Assembly (NCBI GenBank): GCA_028690665.1
Contig: JAQVAV010000008.1
Coordinates: 113,273-177,272 of the forward strand
Direction of reading: 5' to 3'
DNA: 64,000 bases
Origin: Paludibacter sp.
GTDB taxonomy: Bacteria > Bacteroidota > Bacteroidia > Bacteroidales > Paludibacteraceae
The notes below the pieces were generated by a model. The model was not told the DNA's origin. It was given only the letters and a program-made list of their open reading frames with translations, and ran no database searches. Positions 16,751 to 27,760 of the stretch are shown here, in pieces (position 1 is the first letter of the stretch; each line of letters starts with the position of its first letter). The translations under genes were made by a program, and so were the position numbers.

Positions 16751-16839
16751 AATTTATTCTTATTGTCTTTATAAACATTGAAACAGAACTAAAGTTTTAG
16801 ATGAATATATCCGGAGAAATGAAAATTTAAAAGTTTTTA

Positions 16840-16847
16840 TATCTTTG
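16840..16847 (+). promoter_or_regulatory. Candidate -7 box TATCTTTG for the 16865 gene
   Basis: Matches TAnnTTTG, 18 nt upstream of the ATG at 16865. Confidence 0.4.
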
Positions 16848-16864
16848 AACACAAATCACAAATT

Positions 16865-18130
16865 ATGGAAGTCCTCAACCATTTACCAAAAGAGTTGATT
16901 AATTTTCTTTTGGTCGTATTATTCTCGCTTTTGATAGGCATGGAACAAAGACGAATGCATATCGAATCTGATTCGGAGCAGCTTTTCGGAACAGACCGTA
17001 CTATTACCCTGATTGGTATTCTTGGTTTTATCCTTTATTCGGTTATGCCACAGTCCATGGGCTTGTTTATCGGGGGAGGTGTAATTCTTTCGGCTTTACT
17101 GGGTGTGTATTATTACAATCGCATCCGCATTGCTAACAAATGGGGGTTTACTTCTATCGCTACGGCTCTGATTACATACTGTCTCACTCCCCTTGTCGCA
17201 TTGGAACCGCTTTGGTTAGTCATGCTTGTGGTGGTTACAATTCTTATTGTGGTGGAAATCAAGGAAAGCCTTTTCAATATTTCCAAGAAATTTGACGGTA
17301 ACGAATTTACGCTTCTTGCTAAATTTATCATAATCGCCGGTATTGTTTTGCCCTTGCTACCGCATACGCCTATTTCCGATTTTATCAATATCTCGCCTTA
17401 CCAGATTTGGATTTCAATTGTTGCCGTAACGGGGATTTCGTATCTGAGTTATCTGCTGCGTAAGTTTGTATTCCCTGATTCGGGTATTATTCTTTCGGCT
17501 GTGCTTGGAGGCCTTTACAGTAGCACGGCGACAACCCTGATTTTGGCACGTAAGAGTAAAGAAGAAAATAATCCTGTGAAGATAGGAGTAGGAATACTTG
17601 GAGCTACAGCCATGATGTATATTCGTCTGCTCATTCTTGCCTGGATTTTTAATCCTGCCGTGGCCATCAGTTTATTGCCGTATTTTATCGTACTGATTTT
17701 AGTAAATCTTGTGGTCATCGGAATTTCGTTTTTCAGCAACCGGCTGAAAGAACAGCCACATTCGCAGGTAAAAACTACCCAAAATCCGCTTGAATTTAAA
17801 ACGGCCATAGTATTCGGGTTGCTTTTCGCTTTTTTCGCCGTACTGACAAACTTTGTTATATCACATTACGGGAACATGGGTGTAAACATCTTGTCGTTTA
17901 TTGTAGGTGTAACCGATATTGATCCGTATATTCTGAATCTCTTTCAGGATGGAGGAACTCAGTTGTCAATAGCCAATATCGTCCACGCAACCGTGATTGC
18001 TACCGCGAGTAATAATCTGATTAAAATGGTTTACACTTTAATTCTCGGAGACAAAGCCATCTCAAAAATTATAGTTACCGGATTTTCCGCTTTAGTAGCA
18101 GTCAGTTTAATTGCAGTAGTTGTATTCTGA
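16865..18130 (+). CDS. MgtC/SapB-family membrane protein with DUF4010-type C-terminal domain
   Basis: 421 aa and polytopic. The N-terminal MgtC-like segment is LVVLFSLLIGMEQRRMH, followed by about 10 further TM helices. Confidence 0.7.
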   Translation: MEVLNHLPKELINFLLVVLFSLLIGMEQRRMHIESDSEQLFGTDRTITLIGILGFILYSVMPQSMGLFIGGGVILSALLGVYYYNRIRIANKWGFTSIATALITYCLTPLVALEPLWLVMLVVVTILIVVEIKESLFNISKKFDGNEFTLLAKFIIIAGIVLPLLPHTPISDFINISPYQIWISIVAVTGISYLSYLLRKFVFPDSGIILSAVLGGLYSSTATTLILARKSKEENNPVKIGVGILGATAMMYIRLLILAWIFNPAVAISLLPYFIVLILVNLVVIGISFFSNRLKEQPHSQVKTTQNPLEFKTAIVFGLLFAFFAVLTNFVISHYGNMGVNILSFIVGVTDIDPYILNLFQDGGTQLSIANIVHATVIATASNNLIKMVYTLILGDKAISKIIVTGFSALVAVSLIAVVVF

Positions 18131-18169
18131 CATAGCAAACTTTAATCTGTCTGTTTTTGTTTTATCCGC

Positions 18170-20191
18170 ATGAAAAGACAAAACAGATTAATCAATGCAA
18201 GCAGTCCGTATCTGCGGCAACATGCCGATAATCCTGTAGACTGGTATGAATGGGGCACCGAAGCCCTGCAACGTGCAAAAAAGGAGAATAAACCCCTTAT
18301 TATAAGTATTGGCTACGCTGCCTGTCACTGGTGTCATGTGATGGCCCATCAGTCATTCTCTAATGAACAGATTGCGGCTTATATGAATGAACATTTCGTT
18401 TGCATCAAGGTTGACCGGGAAGAGCGTCCCGATATAGATCAGATTTATATGGATGCAGCCCACGTCATCACCGGTCGCGGAGGCTGGCCTTTGAATGCAA
18501 TTGCACTGCCCGATGGACGTCCTTTTTATGCTTCCACCTATTTTCCTCCGGACCAATGGCTTGACGTTTTACAGCAATTGGTTGCTGTTTATGAAACAGA
18601 CATGCCGCGTGTTCTCAGAGCTGCGGAATCAATTACCAATGGCATTCAGTCTAATGCTCTTTCGGAAATTGGTGTCGAACAAGATTTCACACAAGAGTGG
18701 TATCATGAGTCGTACAAACAGCATATCTCAAAGATAGATTTCGAGTTCGGAGGTTATAGCAATGCTCCCAAATTCATGATGCCTGTCGGGCTTGAATTTT
18801 TTCTGCAATACCATTATTTTACGGGAGATACAAAAGCTTTGGAGGCATTAACCATTTCACTTGATGCCATGGCTTGTGGTGGACTTAATGACCAGATTGG
18901 AGGAGGTTTCGCACGCTACTCGACAGATGAACGTTGGTTAGTTCCCCATTTCGAAAAAATGCTTTACGACAATGCTCAATTGATCAGTCTTTACAGTAAA
19001 GCTTATCGTGAAACTAAAAAGACTTTTTATCTCGAAACGGCAGAGAAAACTATTGCATTTGTTGAGCGTGAATTGCTGGACAAAAACGGAGGATTTTATG
19101 CTTCCATTGATGCTGACAGCGAACACGAGGAGGGGAAATTTTATGTATGGACAAAAGCAGAAATAGAGAAGATATGTGGTAGTGATGCAGATTGGATAAT
19201 GGATTTTTATAATATTTCGGAACAGGGTAATTGGGAGTGCAGGAATATCCTTCATTATACAACAGAGAAAAAAAGCTTTGCAAAACAACAAGGTTTCACC
19301 TTAAAAGAATTTGAAACAAAGCTAACCGAGGTAAACCAAAAGTTATTTGATGCCAGATCGATACGTACCCGCCCTGCAACCGATGATAAAATTTTGTGCT
19401 CATGGAACGCTTTGATGATTTCTGCTTATGTTGAAGCCTACAAAGCGTCTCAAAAAGCGAAGTATCTCAAAAAGGCGCTTGACACTACAGAATTTATGTT
19501 GAATTATTTGTTTAAAAACGATGGGTCCCTGTTTCGTGTTTGTAAAGATGGGAAAGTCAGTGTAGAAGCTTTTCTTGATGATTATGCTCTGCTGGCTCAG
19601 GCATTGATCGACTTATACGAAGTTACTCTCGATAAGCAATATCTTGATGTTTGCGGGAAGTTGATAAATTACATGTATGCTCATTTTATCAACGAATCCG
19701 GCAATATGTTTTATTATACGCCCAATAATGCGAAAGACCTGATTGTTCGTAAATATGAATATTCCGACAATGTAATTCCGGCCTCAAATTCCGTTTTAGC
19801 GCATGTATTGTTTCGTTATGGAACCCTTACCGAAAATGAAATTTACCTGTCTACAGCTCAGTCTATGCTTAAACTTGTTATGGATGAACTGGCTGAATAT
19901 GGTTCGTATTATGCGAACTGGGCCATATTGTTGGGAAGAATGGTTTATCCGCAAAAAGAGGTCGTTTGTACAGGAGAAAATGCCGTTTGGAATGCCCTGA
20001 AATTACAGATAAATTATATCCCCGATTGTATTTTTGCAGGAGGAGAACAAGAGAATCTCCCTTTGCTGATCAACCGGATAAAACCGCCTCATAGTTTGAT
20101 TTATGTATGCCGCGACAAAACCTGTAAACTGCCTGTAGAAAATGTTGAAACGGCTTTGGTATTAATCAAAGAAAACCCCGCTTCTGTGTAG
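18170..20191 (+). CDS. Thioredoxin-domain protein of the YyaL/DUF255 (SPATA20-like) family with a six-hairpin glycosidase-like domain
   Basis: 673 aa. Motifs are [42 protein letters not shown], and the C-terminal (alpha/alpha)6-type region. Confidence 0.85.
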   Translation: MKRQNRLINASSPYLRQHADNPVDWYEWGTEALQRAKKENKPLIISIGYAACHWCHVMAHQSFSNEQIAAYMNEHFVCIKVDREERPDIDQIYMDAAHVITGRGGWPLNAIALPDGRPFYASTYFPPDQWLDVLQQLVAVYETDMPRVLRAAESITNGIQSNALSEIGVEQDFTQEWYHESYKQHISKIDFEFGGYSNAPKFMMPVGLEFFLQYHYFTGDTKALEALTISLDAMACGGLNDQIGGGFARYSTDERWLVPHFEKMLYDNAQLISLYSKAYRETKKTFYLETAEKTIAFVERELLDKNGGFYASIDADSEHEEGKFYVWTKAEIEKICGSDADWIMDFYNISEQGNWECRNILHYTTEKKSFAKQQGFTLKEFETKLTEVNQKLFDARSIRTRPATDDKILCSWNALMISAYVEAYKASQKAKYLKKALDTTEFMLNYLFKNDGSLFRVCKDGKVSVEAFLDDYALLAQALIDLYEVTLDKQYLDVCGKLINYMYAHFINESGNMFYYTPNNAKDLIVRKYEYSDNVIPASNSVLAHVLFRYGTLTENEIYLSTAQSMLKLVMDELAEYGSYYANWAILLGRMVYPQKEVVCTGENAVWNALKLQINYIPDCIFAGGEQENLPLLINRIKPPHSLIYVCRDKTCKLPVENVETALVLIKENPASV

Positions 20192-20213
20192 AAATGGGGA
20201 TAGCTTTTAAATT

Positions 20214-22073
20214 TTATTTGTTTTGCATTTTTGTCTGGCCTTTTGCCGGCGGAGTTTTTGTCCCTCCACTACCGCTTGAGTCAGGAGTTTTGCCCATAAT
20301 ACTGCTTGTTCCGATTTTTTCTCTGGCCTTTTTCGGAATTGTAAGCATAACATCACTGCTTTTAGTTGGTCTTTGTTCGTCTAACCAAAAGAAATTTTTC
20401 AGGTACAAGTCTCCTCCGGAAAGCTCTAATAAAGGATACATGATGCCCGTGGTGGAGGCAGTCATAACAACGCGTTCTATCTGTTTGTTTTTCAGATACA
20501 TATTCACATAGCTACTTTCCGTTTTATTCAGCCCTATTAATGTCGAATCGGCATCATCCCGTGGATAGTAAATTGTTTCGGCATTACCGTTTACAAAAAC
20601 ACGATAAAGCTGACCACTGTCTAAATAAGCAATAATTTCTTTCCCGGAAAGCTGATTAAAATGTATCGAATCCTCTTTCTGAATAGCAATAGCATTTTTC
20701 TGAATGTTGATTTGCTCAATTTTTTTATCCTTGGTATGTGTCTGTATAAAATCTCCGGAGAGCTGATTTTCCTCAGCCCAAAGCACCGGTTCTCCATACA
20801 TTTTTATAATGGAATCGCGGGCGGAGTACACTAATGAGTCGGCAATCCCCTGAACATCATTGCGAAAAATACGTACATTAAAATATCCCTTAGCTACATT
20901 GTATACAGAATCTTTATAAGTCCGGATAGTATCGGAATGTACCCACAAAGTGTCTTTGCTCGACCAATCGACTAATAAAGCTGAGTCTGTAGCTAAACCT
21001 TCATCGTTATTTTCATCGTAATAAAGATAATCGCCGTACAAAGTAGATTTATTGATTGTGTCAGTAAGTTCAACATTCACAAATGCTTCACCATATTTTT
21101 TCACTTTATCATAGAAAACTGTGTCCCCAGCCAAAGTTTTCCCATCTTTGTGAACAATCAGTGAGCGGTTCAGCAACATCATTTTTTCATTCTCCGTATT
21201 GTACCAACCCTTTTTAGAGTAAATATTTGTTTCATCTTTATAATCTATATGTGAAGGCCCGACGATATTGGCCACATGATTTTTTGTATTATATTTTAGA
21301 GTGTCCGATGTAAGAATAAAATTATTGTTGGTTAATTTTACTTTTGTTCTGAAAATGGCATCATCTGTTGAAGGAGAGTATTGTCCCCAAACGGATGTCA
21401 GCGTATTTTCCGGATCGACAATTTTTCCGCCTGTAAAATAATATGCAATATTTATGTTGCGGTCGTAATTCAGACTGTCAGTAGTCAATGTTGTTTTACG
21501 ATTTTCCATCCGCACGTTATGGCGCATACGGGCCAATTTTGTATTCCCATCGTAATACAAATAATCACCATAAACAAAAAGTGTATCTCCCTGCACAATT
21601 TTCACATTGCTGAAAGCATCCAAAGAATTGGCCTTCTGATAAAAATAGGCACTGTCGCAATACAGTAAAGCATTGTCATGCCTGAAACGCACATTTCCTT
21701 TCAGCACCTGAATATCCGGATTAAAATCTTTATCAGCGGACCACGTTTCTGCATTTTCAAGATATATTATGGTTGCTTTCGGGTTATTCAACGGATTGAC
21801 AATCGGAGCAAGAGGTTTTGGAGGAACCATAGGTTTTGGCTTTCGTGAATATGGATTCACCGGACGGTTGCTACCCTTTTTCTTTTTCAAATTTTCTTTT
21901 TTCGGAGTCGGATTCTGACTTTCGAGAACCTGTTTACGAAGTTCTTTGGGTTTTATGTGGCCCTGTTGAGCCTGAATTGTAGCTATAAACAAACAGAGCA
22001 CACCGAACAGAACGATGTGCCTTGTATTAAAAATCATATTCATTGGAAATAACTTCTTCCTGCCGCTTCTCAT
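20214..22073 (-). CDS. OstA-like (LptD N-terminal/LptA fold) repeat protein, envelope biogenesis
   Basis: 619 aa. It has a signal peptide and a Pro/Lys-rich linker. OstA_N-like beta-jellyroll segments repeat (LKGNVRFRHDNALLYCDSAYFY..NVKIVQGDT, and others). It lies directly downstream of two SurA-like genes. Confidence 0.7.
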   Translation of the reverse strand: MRSGRKKLFPMNMIFNTRHIVLFGVLCLFIATIQAQQGHIKPKELRKQVLESQNPTPKKENLKKKKGSNRPVNPYSRKPKPMVPPKPLAPIVNPLNNPKATIIYLENAETWSADKDFNPDIQVLKGNVRFRHDNALLYCDSAYFYQKANSLDAFSNVKIVQGDTLFVYGDYLYYDGNTKLARMRHNVRMENRKTTLTTDSLNYDRNINIAYYFTGGKIVDPENTLTSVWGQYSPSTDDAIFRTKVKLTNNNFILTSDTLKYNTKNHVANIVGPSHIDYKDETNIYSKKGWYNTENEKMMLLNRSLIVHKDGKTLAGDTVFYDKVKKYGEAFVNVELTDTINKSTLYGDYLYYDENNDEGLATDSALLVDWSSKDTLWVHSDTIRTYKDSVYNVAKGYFNVRIFRNDVQGIADSLVYSARDSIIKMYGEPVLWAEENQLSGDFIQTHTKDKKIEQINIQKNAIAIQKEDSIHFNQLSGKEIIAYLDSGQLYRVFVNGNAETIYYPRDDADSTLIGLNKTESSYVNMYLKNKQIERVVMTASTTGIMYPLLELSGGDLYLKNFFWLDEQRPTKSSDVMLTIPKKAREKIGTSSIMGKTPDSSGSGGTKTPPAKGQTKMQNK

Positions 22074-22096
22074 CTAAAATTTTATAATTGAGCCAT

Positions 22097-23464
22097 TTAT
22101 TTTTTGATCCATCCCGGATATTCAAAATTACAATTCTGCCATGCGGGATCAATACTTATATAGGTTTCTTCCTGTTTCTTTACAATCCAGTTTTTAATAA
22201 ACTCTTCTTTCTTTTTACCTTCGTAGTAATTTTTCAACATCTGGTAGTCATCCGTAAGGTTTGCTTTATGATTTGGCGTTTTAGATTTTACCTTTACAAG
22301 GGCAACAACTTCTTTATTAGTTTTGGGATCAATCATGCTGAAGGGTTTCGAAATTTCACCAACATTCATATTATAAACAACTTTGGCCACTTCCTGCGGT
22401 AAATCCTGATACTCAAATTTTGAAGTTCCTGTTTTTTCGTTCAACATCAAACCGGCATTCATTGCAGAATTTTTATCCTGAGAGAAATACATAACTGCCT
22501 CTTCGAAAGTTTCTTTCCCATTTCTAATGTCGTCTGCTATTGAATCCAATTTTAAAATGGCTTTATTCTTATCGTCAAGTGAAATACGCGGTTTTAGTAA
22601 AATATGTCTGCAATTAATCCGGTCTCCACGTTTCTCGATTAATTGAATGATATGATAACCGAATTCGGTTTGTACTATGCGGGAAACTTTCTTAGGATCA
22701 GTCAGGTTAAACGCAACCGCTGCAAATTCAGGGACAAGTTCTCCCCGACCAAGGAAACCTAACTCTCCTCCACGTTTTGCACTTTCAGTATCCTCCGAGT
22801 AAAGCCGTGCCAACACCGAAAAGTCAGTGCTACCGCTATTAATTCTATCGGTAAAATCACGTAACCGTTCCTTGATCCTGTTTACCTCTTCAATTGGTAC
22901 GGGCGGTGCAAAACTTATGATTTGCAATTCGGTCTGGGCAGGTACAGTCGGGATACTATCCTCTGATAAATCGTTGTAAAAACGACGTACCTCCGCAGGA
23001 GTTGAAGTTATATCTCCAACAAGTTTTTGCTGCATTTGCTGGATGGTCATTTGCTCGCGAAAAACAGTCCGGAGATCCTCGCGCAATTGTGTCATGTTTT
23101 TATTAAAGTATTCCTCTACTTTTTCTTTGGAGCCAATTTGAGCAATGAAAAAATTCAACCGGTTTTCCACCTGATTCATAACCGTGGTTTCATTCACCTC
23201 AATACTGTCAAGTTGAGCCTGATGTAAAAAAAGCTTATTAATAGCAATTTGTTCTGGGATAACACAATCCGGATCGCCCTGTATCGGAGTGCCTTCGTAT
23301 TGTGCACGCAAACGCTGCTCTTCCACATCCGAACGAAGTATTGCTTCATCGCCAATAATCCAAATAACCTCATCAACAATGTTACTCGGCTCTTTAGTTT
23401 GACCGGAAAGTTGTACAAAACTCAGAAAAATAAAAGAGAATAAAATTAATGTTTGTTTATTCAT
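22097..23464 (-). CDS. Periplasmic chaperone / peptidyl-prolyl isomerase, SurA-like (parvulin domain)
   Basis: 455 aa. It has a signal peptide, a SurA_N-like domain and the parvulin motif FSVLARLYSEDTESAKRGGELGF..FGYHIIQL. Confidence 0.85.
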   Translation of the reverse strand: MNKQTLILFSFIFLSFVQLSGQTKEPSNIVDEVIWIIGDEAILRSDVEEQRLRAQYEGTPIQGDPDCVIPEQIAINKLFLHQAQLDSIEVNETTVMNQVENRLNFFIAQIGSKEKVEEYFNKNMTQLREDLRTVFREQMTIQQMQQKLVGDITSTPAEVRRFYNDLSEDSIPTVPAQTELQIISFAPPVPIEEVNRIKERLRDFTDRINSGSTDFSVLARLYSEDTESAKRGGELGFLGRGELVPEFAAVAFNLTDPKKVSRIVQTEFGYHIIQLIEKRGDRINCRHILLKPRISLDDKNKAILKLDSIADDIRNGKETFEEAVMYFSQDKNSAMNAGLMLNEKTGTSKFEYQDLPQEVAKVVYNMNVGEISKPFSMIDPKTNKEVVALVKVKSKTPNHKANLTDDYQMLKNYYEGKKKEEFIKNWIVKKQEETYISIDPAWQNCNFEYPGWIKK

Positions 23465-23479
23465 ACTAAAAATATGGGT

Positions 23480-24352
23480 TTAATCACCGTTGGATTTGTT
23501 TTGTTTGAAATAAGTCACCATTTCATTATTAATGGCATCATGATAAAGTTCATCCTCAAAATTTGAAATAAAATCAGCTTTTAGCTTATTGAGTATCAGG
23601 TTTGTTATTTTAGCTTTTGCCATTTCATAAGGCTCTGTTTGCCCTATAGTTTTAAAAGACGTTATCCGCAAAAAATAATGGCGGGTGCTGTCCGAAGTTT
23701 CATAAAATTTATTTCGGGCAACAAATGCGGCAGGATCTTCAATCTGGACAGGCATTTTTTTCAAAACTTCACCAAATGGTTTCCATTCATCACCAAAATA
23801 ATCATAACTGATAGCATTCCTAATACTGTATTTCTCGATATTTTCGAGTGCCGATGTATTGGCTGACTGTACCCAGCTACGCACATTCGCTAATTTGGGA
23901 GCTTTAGTCGGTACCACTAATAGAAGTCCTTTGATAATATTTTCTTTCAGATCCAGTTCATCCCGATATTGTTCATAAAAAGCCCTCATCTCTTCCTCGC
24001 CCGGTTCTTTGGGAAGCCGCTCTTCAATCATTTTTTGCTGATACTGGTGAATAATCAGCGATTTTTTATAATCTTCAAGTAACTGGTCTATTTCATCCTG
24101 ATTCGTAATGTTACGCTTCGCATTTTCATAAAGCAAAACATCAGTAATCCATTTTTTAATAAAACTTTCGGCTATTTCAGCACTATCCTTTGCATTTACA
24201 TTCGGAGGAATAATAGCATCCACATCATCCTGATATAAAAATTTGCCCTCTACTTCAAGTAGCGGAGTTCTGTTGTTGTCTGCTATTTTTGCCTTGCATC
24301 CCCAGACAAGCAAAGCCATGAATATCAATATCGGAAACAGGTCTTTTCTCAT
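23480..24352 (-). CDS. SurA N-terminal-domain-like chaperone lipoprotein (no obvious parvulin domain)
   Basis: 290 aa. It has a lipoprotein signal (LLVWGC) and helical chaperone-like sequence. It is co-oriented with the SurA-like gene. Confidence 0.55.
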   Translation of the reverse strand: MRKDLFPILIFMALLVWGCKAKIADNNRTPLLEVEGKFLYQDDVDAIIPPNVNAKDSAEIAESFIKKWITDVLLYENAKRNITNQDEIDQLLEDYKKSLIIHQYQQKMIEERLPKEPGEEEMRAFYEQYRDELDLKENIIKGLLLVVPTKAPKLANVRSWVQSANTSALENIEKYSIRNAISYDYFGDEWKPFGEVLKKMPVQIEDPAAFVARNKFYETSDSTRHYFLRITSFKTIGQTEPYEMAKAKITNLILNKLKADFISNFEDELYHDAINNEMVTYFKQNKSNGD

Positions 24353-24487
24353 TCGGGAAGCAAAGATAATATGTGAATTAATATTTTAATGCTAAATTAC
24401 AAATAATAAATCAGAATAAAGGTTTTTTAATCAAATGCTAATGTCTGCAATAAACATGTCGGACTGCACAGATGCTTACTCCTGTAT

Positions 24488-25006
24488 CTATTTCAACAAA
24501 GCCTCAATCAACTCTGTCATTTTTGTAAATTCCTCTCCATTATACAGCCGGGTAAGCATGACTATTTTCCCTGTTTTGTCAACAATTACATTTCGGGTAA
24601 TTCCTGATTCGCGTTGAGCATAAAGAGCAAAAATATCGGCACCCGGATCAAGTCCTATAGGATAAGTGATCCCTGTTGTTTCCACAAATTTTAGAACTGT
24701 TTCCAGAGGTTCAGCCCGGTCAACAGCCATCAGAACAAAGTTAGGATTATCTTTATGCCTCAGCCAGATGTCTCGTTCGATAAAAGGCATTTCTTTGCGA
24801 CAAACGCTACACCAGCTTGCTGTAAACTGTAGCATAACAATTTTGCCTCTCAACTCTGACAATTTCACATCTCTGCCGTCGGTAAGCTTCATGCTAAAAT
24901 CCGGAGCCGTATCCCCGACTTTGACAATATATCCCCGATCGCTGGAAGTTTGAGCTAACGCAGTTAGTCCAAATAATAGAAAGGACAGAAACACTGTTTT
25001 TCGCAT
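24488..25006 (-). CDS. TlpA/redoxin family thiol-disulfide oxidoreductase
   Basis: 172 aa. It has a signal peptide and the thioredoxin-fold CxxC site FTASWCSVC. Confidence 0.85.
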   Translation of the reverse strand: MRKTVFLSFLLFGLTALAQTSSDRGYIVKVGDTAPDFSMKLTDGRDVKLSELRGKIVMLQFTASWCSVCRKEMPFIERDIWLRHKDNPNFVLMAVDRAEPLETVLKFVETTGITYPIGLDPGADIFALYAQRESGITRNVIVDKTGKIVMLTRLYNGEEFTKMTELIEALLK

Positions 25007-25070
25007 AATTTATTTTTTCTTTTTTGAATTATGTAAACAAAATTAGGGATTAATTTCGTTGCTACAAACA

Positions 25071-25110
25071 AAAACTGCCCGACTGTTTTTAAGAGAGTCG
25101 GGCAGCTTTT
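25071..25110 (-). terminator. Intrinsic terminator downstream of pckA
   Basis: CTGCCCGACT (25075-25084) pairs perfectly with AGTCGGGCAG (25096-25105). On the minus-strand RNA a TTTTTGTTTG run follows. Confidence 0.8.
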
Positions 25111-25165
25111 ATTTCAGACACAACAGGCAAGAATACTTTGCCTTTCGTTCTTAACTTATGTTTAA

Positions 25166-26767
25166 TTACAATTTAGGACCGGCAGCAACCAAAGCTTTAC
25201 CTTCTGCGGTATCGGTATATTTCTTGAAGTTAGCAATAAATTTACCTGCAAGATCTTTTGCTTTAGCTTCCCATTCACTTGCATCTGCGTAAGTATCGCG
25301 AGGATCAAGAATTTTCGGATCAACTCCTGGTAACGAAGTCGGAACTTCAAAATTGAATATTGGAGTTACTTTTGTTTCTGCTTTTTCGATGTCTCCGTTT
25401 AAGATAGCATCGATAATACCACGTGTATCCTTAATTGAGATACGTTTTCCTGTTCCGTTCCATCCTGTATTTACCAAATAAGCGGTAGCTCCGTTTGCCT
25501 GCATTTTCTTAACTAATTCTTCTCCGTATTTAGTAGGATGAAGAGTTAAGAATGCTTGACCAAAACAAGCTGAGAAAGTTGGCTGAGGAGAAGTAATGCC
25601 ACGTTCTGTACCTGCTAATTTTGCAGTAAATCCGGATAAGAAATAATATTTAGTCTGTTCCGGAGTTAATTTAGATACTGGAGGAGTTACTCCAAAAGCA
25701 TCTGCTGTCAAGAAAATAACTTTTTGGGCAGGTCCGGCTTTCGAAACAGGTTTTACAATATTGTTGATATGATAAATCGGATAAGAAACACGGGTGTTTT
25801 CTGTAACCGAACCATCATTAAAGTCGATTTTACCATCTTTATCAACAGTAACATTTTCCAGCAAAGCATCGCGTTTGATAGCACCATAAATATCAGGTTC
25901 AGCTTCTTTGTCAAGATGAATGGTTTTTGCATAGCAACCACCTTCAAAGTTAAATACACCATCATCATCCCAACCGTGTTCATCGTCACCGATTAATTCA
26001 CGTTTCGGATCGGTAGAAAGTGTTGTTTTCCCTGTACCTGAAAGTCCGAAGAAAATAGCTGTATCGCCGTCTTTTCCTACGTTTGCAGAACAGTGCATGG
26101 CAGCCATACCGTTAAGAGGCAGATAATAATTCATTAATGAAAAGATACCCTTCTTCATTTCACCACCGTACCATGTATTCATAATACATTGTTCTTTGGT
26201 TTTCAGGTTGAATGCAGTTGCGGTTGAAGAACGCAGACCGAGTTCTTTATAATTTTCAACTTTACCCTTAGCAGCATTGAATGATACGAAATCAGGTTCG
26301 TAAGTTTCAAGTTCTTCATCTGTAGGACGAATAAACATATTTTTTACGAAATGAGCTTGCCATGCAACTTCCATAATGAAACGCACTTTCAGACGTGAAG
26401 CAGGATTTGCTCCGCAATAGCAGTCCATTACAAAAAGTTTCTTGCCGCTTAATTGTTTCATGGTTTGTTCTCTGACAGAATCCCATGCAATTTCGCACAT
26501 TGGGTGGTTATCGTTATGATAATCAGGATTATCCCACCATATATTGGCTAAGCTGGCTTCGTTTTGTACAAAGTACTTATCCTTAGGTGAACGGCCGGTA
26601 TAAATACCTGTCATTACATTAACAGCACCAAGTTCAGTCACCTGGCCTTTTTCATAACCGGTTAAACTTTCTTTGGTTTCTTCTTCAAACAATTTCTCGT
26701 ATGAAGGGTTGTGCAAAATTTCGACGGTATCCGTAATACCGTACTTTGTTAAATCCAAATTTGCCAT
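25166..26767 (-). CDS. pckA: Phosphoenolpyruvate carboxykinase (ATP)
   Basis: 533 aa. The kinase-1a motif is [13 protein letters not shown], with [16 protein letters not shown] and further PckA-typical regions. Confidence 0.95.
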   Translation of the reverse strand: MANLDLTKYGITDTVEILHNPSYEKLFEEETKESLTGYEKGQVTELGAVNVMTGIYTGRSPKDKYFVQNEASLANIWWDNPDYHNDNHPMCEIAWDSVREQTMKQLSGKKLFVMDCYCGANPASRLKVRFIMEVAWQAHFVKNMFIRPTDEELETYEPDFVSFNAAKGKVENYKELGLRSSTATAFNLKTKEQCIMNTWYGGEMKKGIFSLMNYYLPLNGMAAMHCSANVGKDGDTAIFFGLSGTGKTTLSTDPKRELIGDDEHGWDDDGVFNFEGGCYAKTIHLDKEAEPDIYGAIKRDALLENVTVDKDGKIDFNDGSVTENTRVSYPIYHINNIVKPVSKAGPAQKVIFLTADAFGVTPPVSKLTPEQTKYYFLSGFTAKLAGTERGITSPQPTFSACFGQAFLTLHPTKYGEELVKKMQANGATAYLVNTGWNGTGKRISIKDTRGIIDAILNGDIEKAETKVTPIFNFEVPTSLPGVDPKILDPRDTYADASEWEAKAKDLAGKFIANFKKYTDTAEGKALVAAGPKL

Positions 26768-26843
26768 TTTTTCTTGATTAAATAATTCTATAATGTATTT
26801 ACGATCTCTCTCTTTAATTAAGCCAATCCTTGTTAAGGCGGTA

Positions 26844-26851
26844 CAAAAGTA
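26844..26851 (-). promoter_or_regulatory. Candidate -7 box (TACTTTTG, minus strand) for pckA
   Basis: Plus-strand CAAAAGTA, 77 nt upstream of the pckA ATG at 26767. Confidence 0.45.
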
Positions 26852-27194
26852 ATATATTTTTTGTGAGTAAAAAATGAATTAAAGAAATTTTTCTTTATTG
26901 TTGCATAAAAAAACATTTCAGTAATATTTTTATGAATAACAATTCCAATTTAAGCATATTAATTCATATCCGATGTAATTTTATACAAAATACCACATTA
27001 TTTTAATACGAATTAAACGACAGTTCCTGACAAAAGCCAAGAGGCAGGACGTTTTCCAAAAGCAGCAGTTTAATAAAAAATAAAAGATAACTAAAAAGAC
27101 ACAAGACAAACCATAATTCAGTGATTATAAAAAATAAAAATCTAAAAATCTATATTTTTCGGGGTGCTTAAAAAAGCAAAAGAATAAAAAATAC

Positions 27195-27202
27195 TATTTT
27201 TG
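27195..27202 (+). promoter_or_regulatory. Candidate -7 box TATTTTTG for dut
   Basis: Matches TAnnTTTG, 72 nt upstream of the ATG at 27274. Confidence 0.45.
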
Positions 27203-27273
27203 TATCTATTGTTCAAAAAAAAGGAAAATACTAATAAATCAGAAAATTACTCACGAATAATCAGAAGTATCAA

Positions 27274-27708
27274 ATGAAAATAAAAATAGTAAACCGATCG
27301 AAACACGCACTACCAGAATATGCAACAATTCAGTCGGCGGGAATGGATTTGCGTGCCAACCTTGACGAACCTGTTATGATGAAGCCTCTTGAGCGTAAAC
27401 TTATCCCAACTGGATTATTTATAGAACTACCCACAGGCTATGAAGCTCAGATTCGTCCCAGAAGCGGACTGGCTATTAAAAAAGGAATTACAGTACTGAA
27501 TTCGCCCGGAACAATCGATGCTGATTACCGGGGCGAAATTTGTGTAATTCTGATTAATCTTTCATCAGAAGACTTTGTAATAAATGATGGAGAGCGTATT
27601 TGCCAGATGGTAATTGCAGCTCATGCTCAGGCCGAATGGGTTGAAGTTGAAGAGCTGGGTGAAACGGAACGTGGCGAAGGAGGTTTTGGTCACACAGGTA
27701 AACATTAA
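27274..27708 (+). CDS. dut: dUTP diphosphatase
   Basis: 144 aa. Motifs are [28 protein letters not shown] and a GGFGHTG tail. Confidence 0.95.
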   Translation: MKIKIVNRSKHALPEYATIQSAGMDLRANLDEPVMMKPLERKLIPTGLFIELPTGYEAQIRPRSGLAIKKGITVLNSPGTIDADYRGEICVILINLSSEDFVINDGERICQMVIAAHAQAEWVEVEELGETERGEGGFGHTGKH

Positions 27709-27760
27709 ACACCTGTTCCATATAAAAATCATACTATATAGAAAAACGAAGTAACAGTCA

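Noticed and set aside
20194-20511. 105-aa plus-strand ORF after the YyaL-like gene
   Set aside because: It is fully antisense to the 3' end of the OstA-like gene. Its hydrophobic appearance is an artefact of translating the opposite strand.
26768-27273. 506-bp intergenic region between pckA and dut, examined for a structured ncRNA, riboswitch or mobile-element remnant
   Set aside because: It is extremely AT-rich, with only short weak hairpins and no long-range complementarity or repeats. Two divergent promoters (boxes at 26844-26851 and 27195-27202) explain it adequately.
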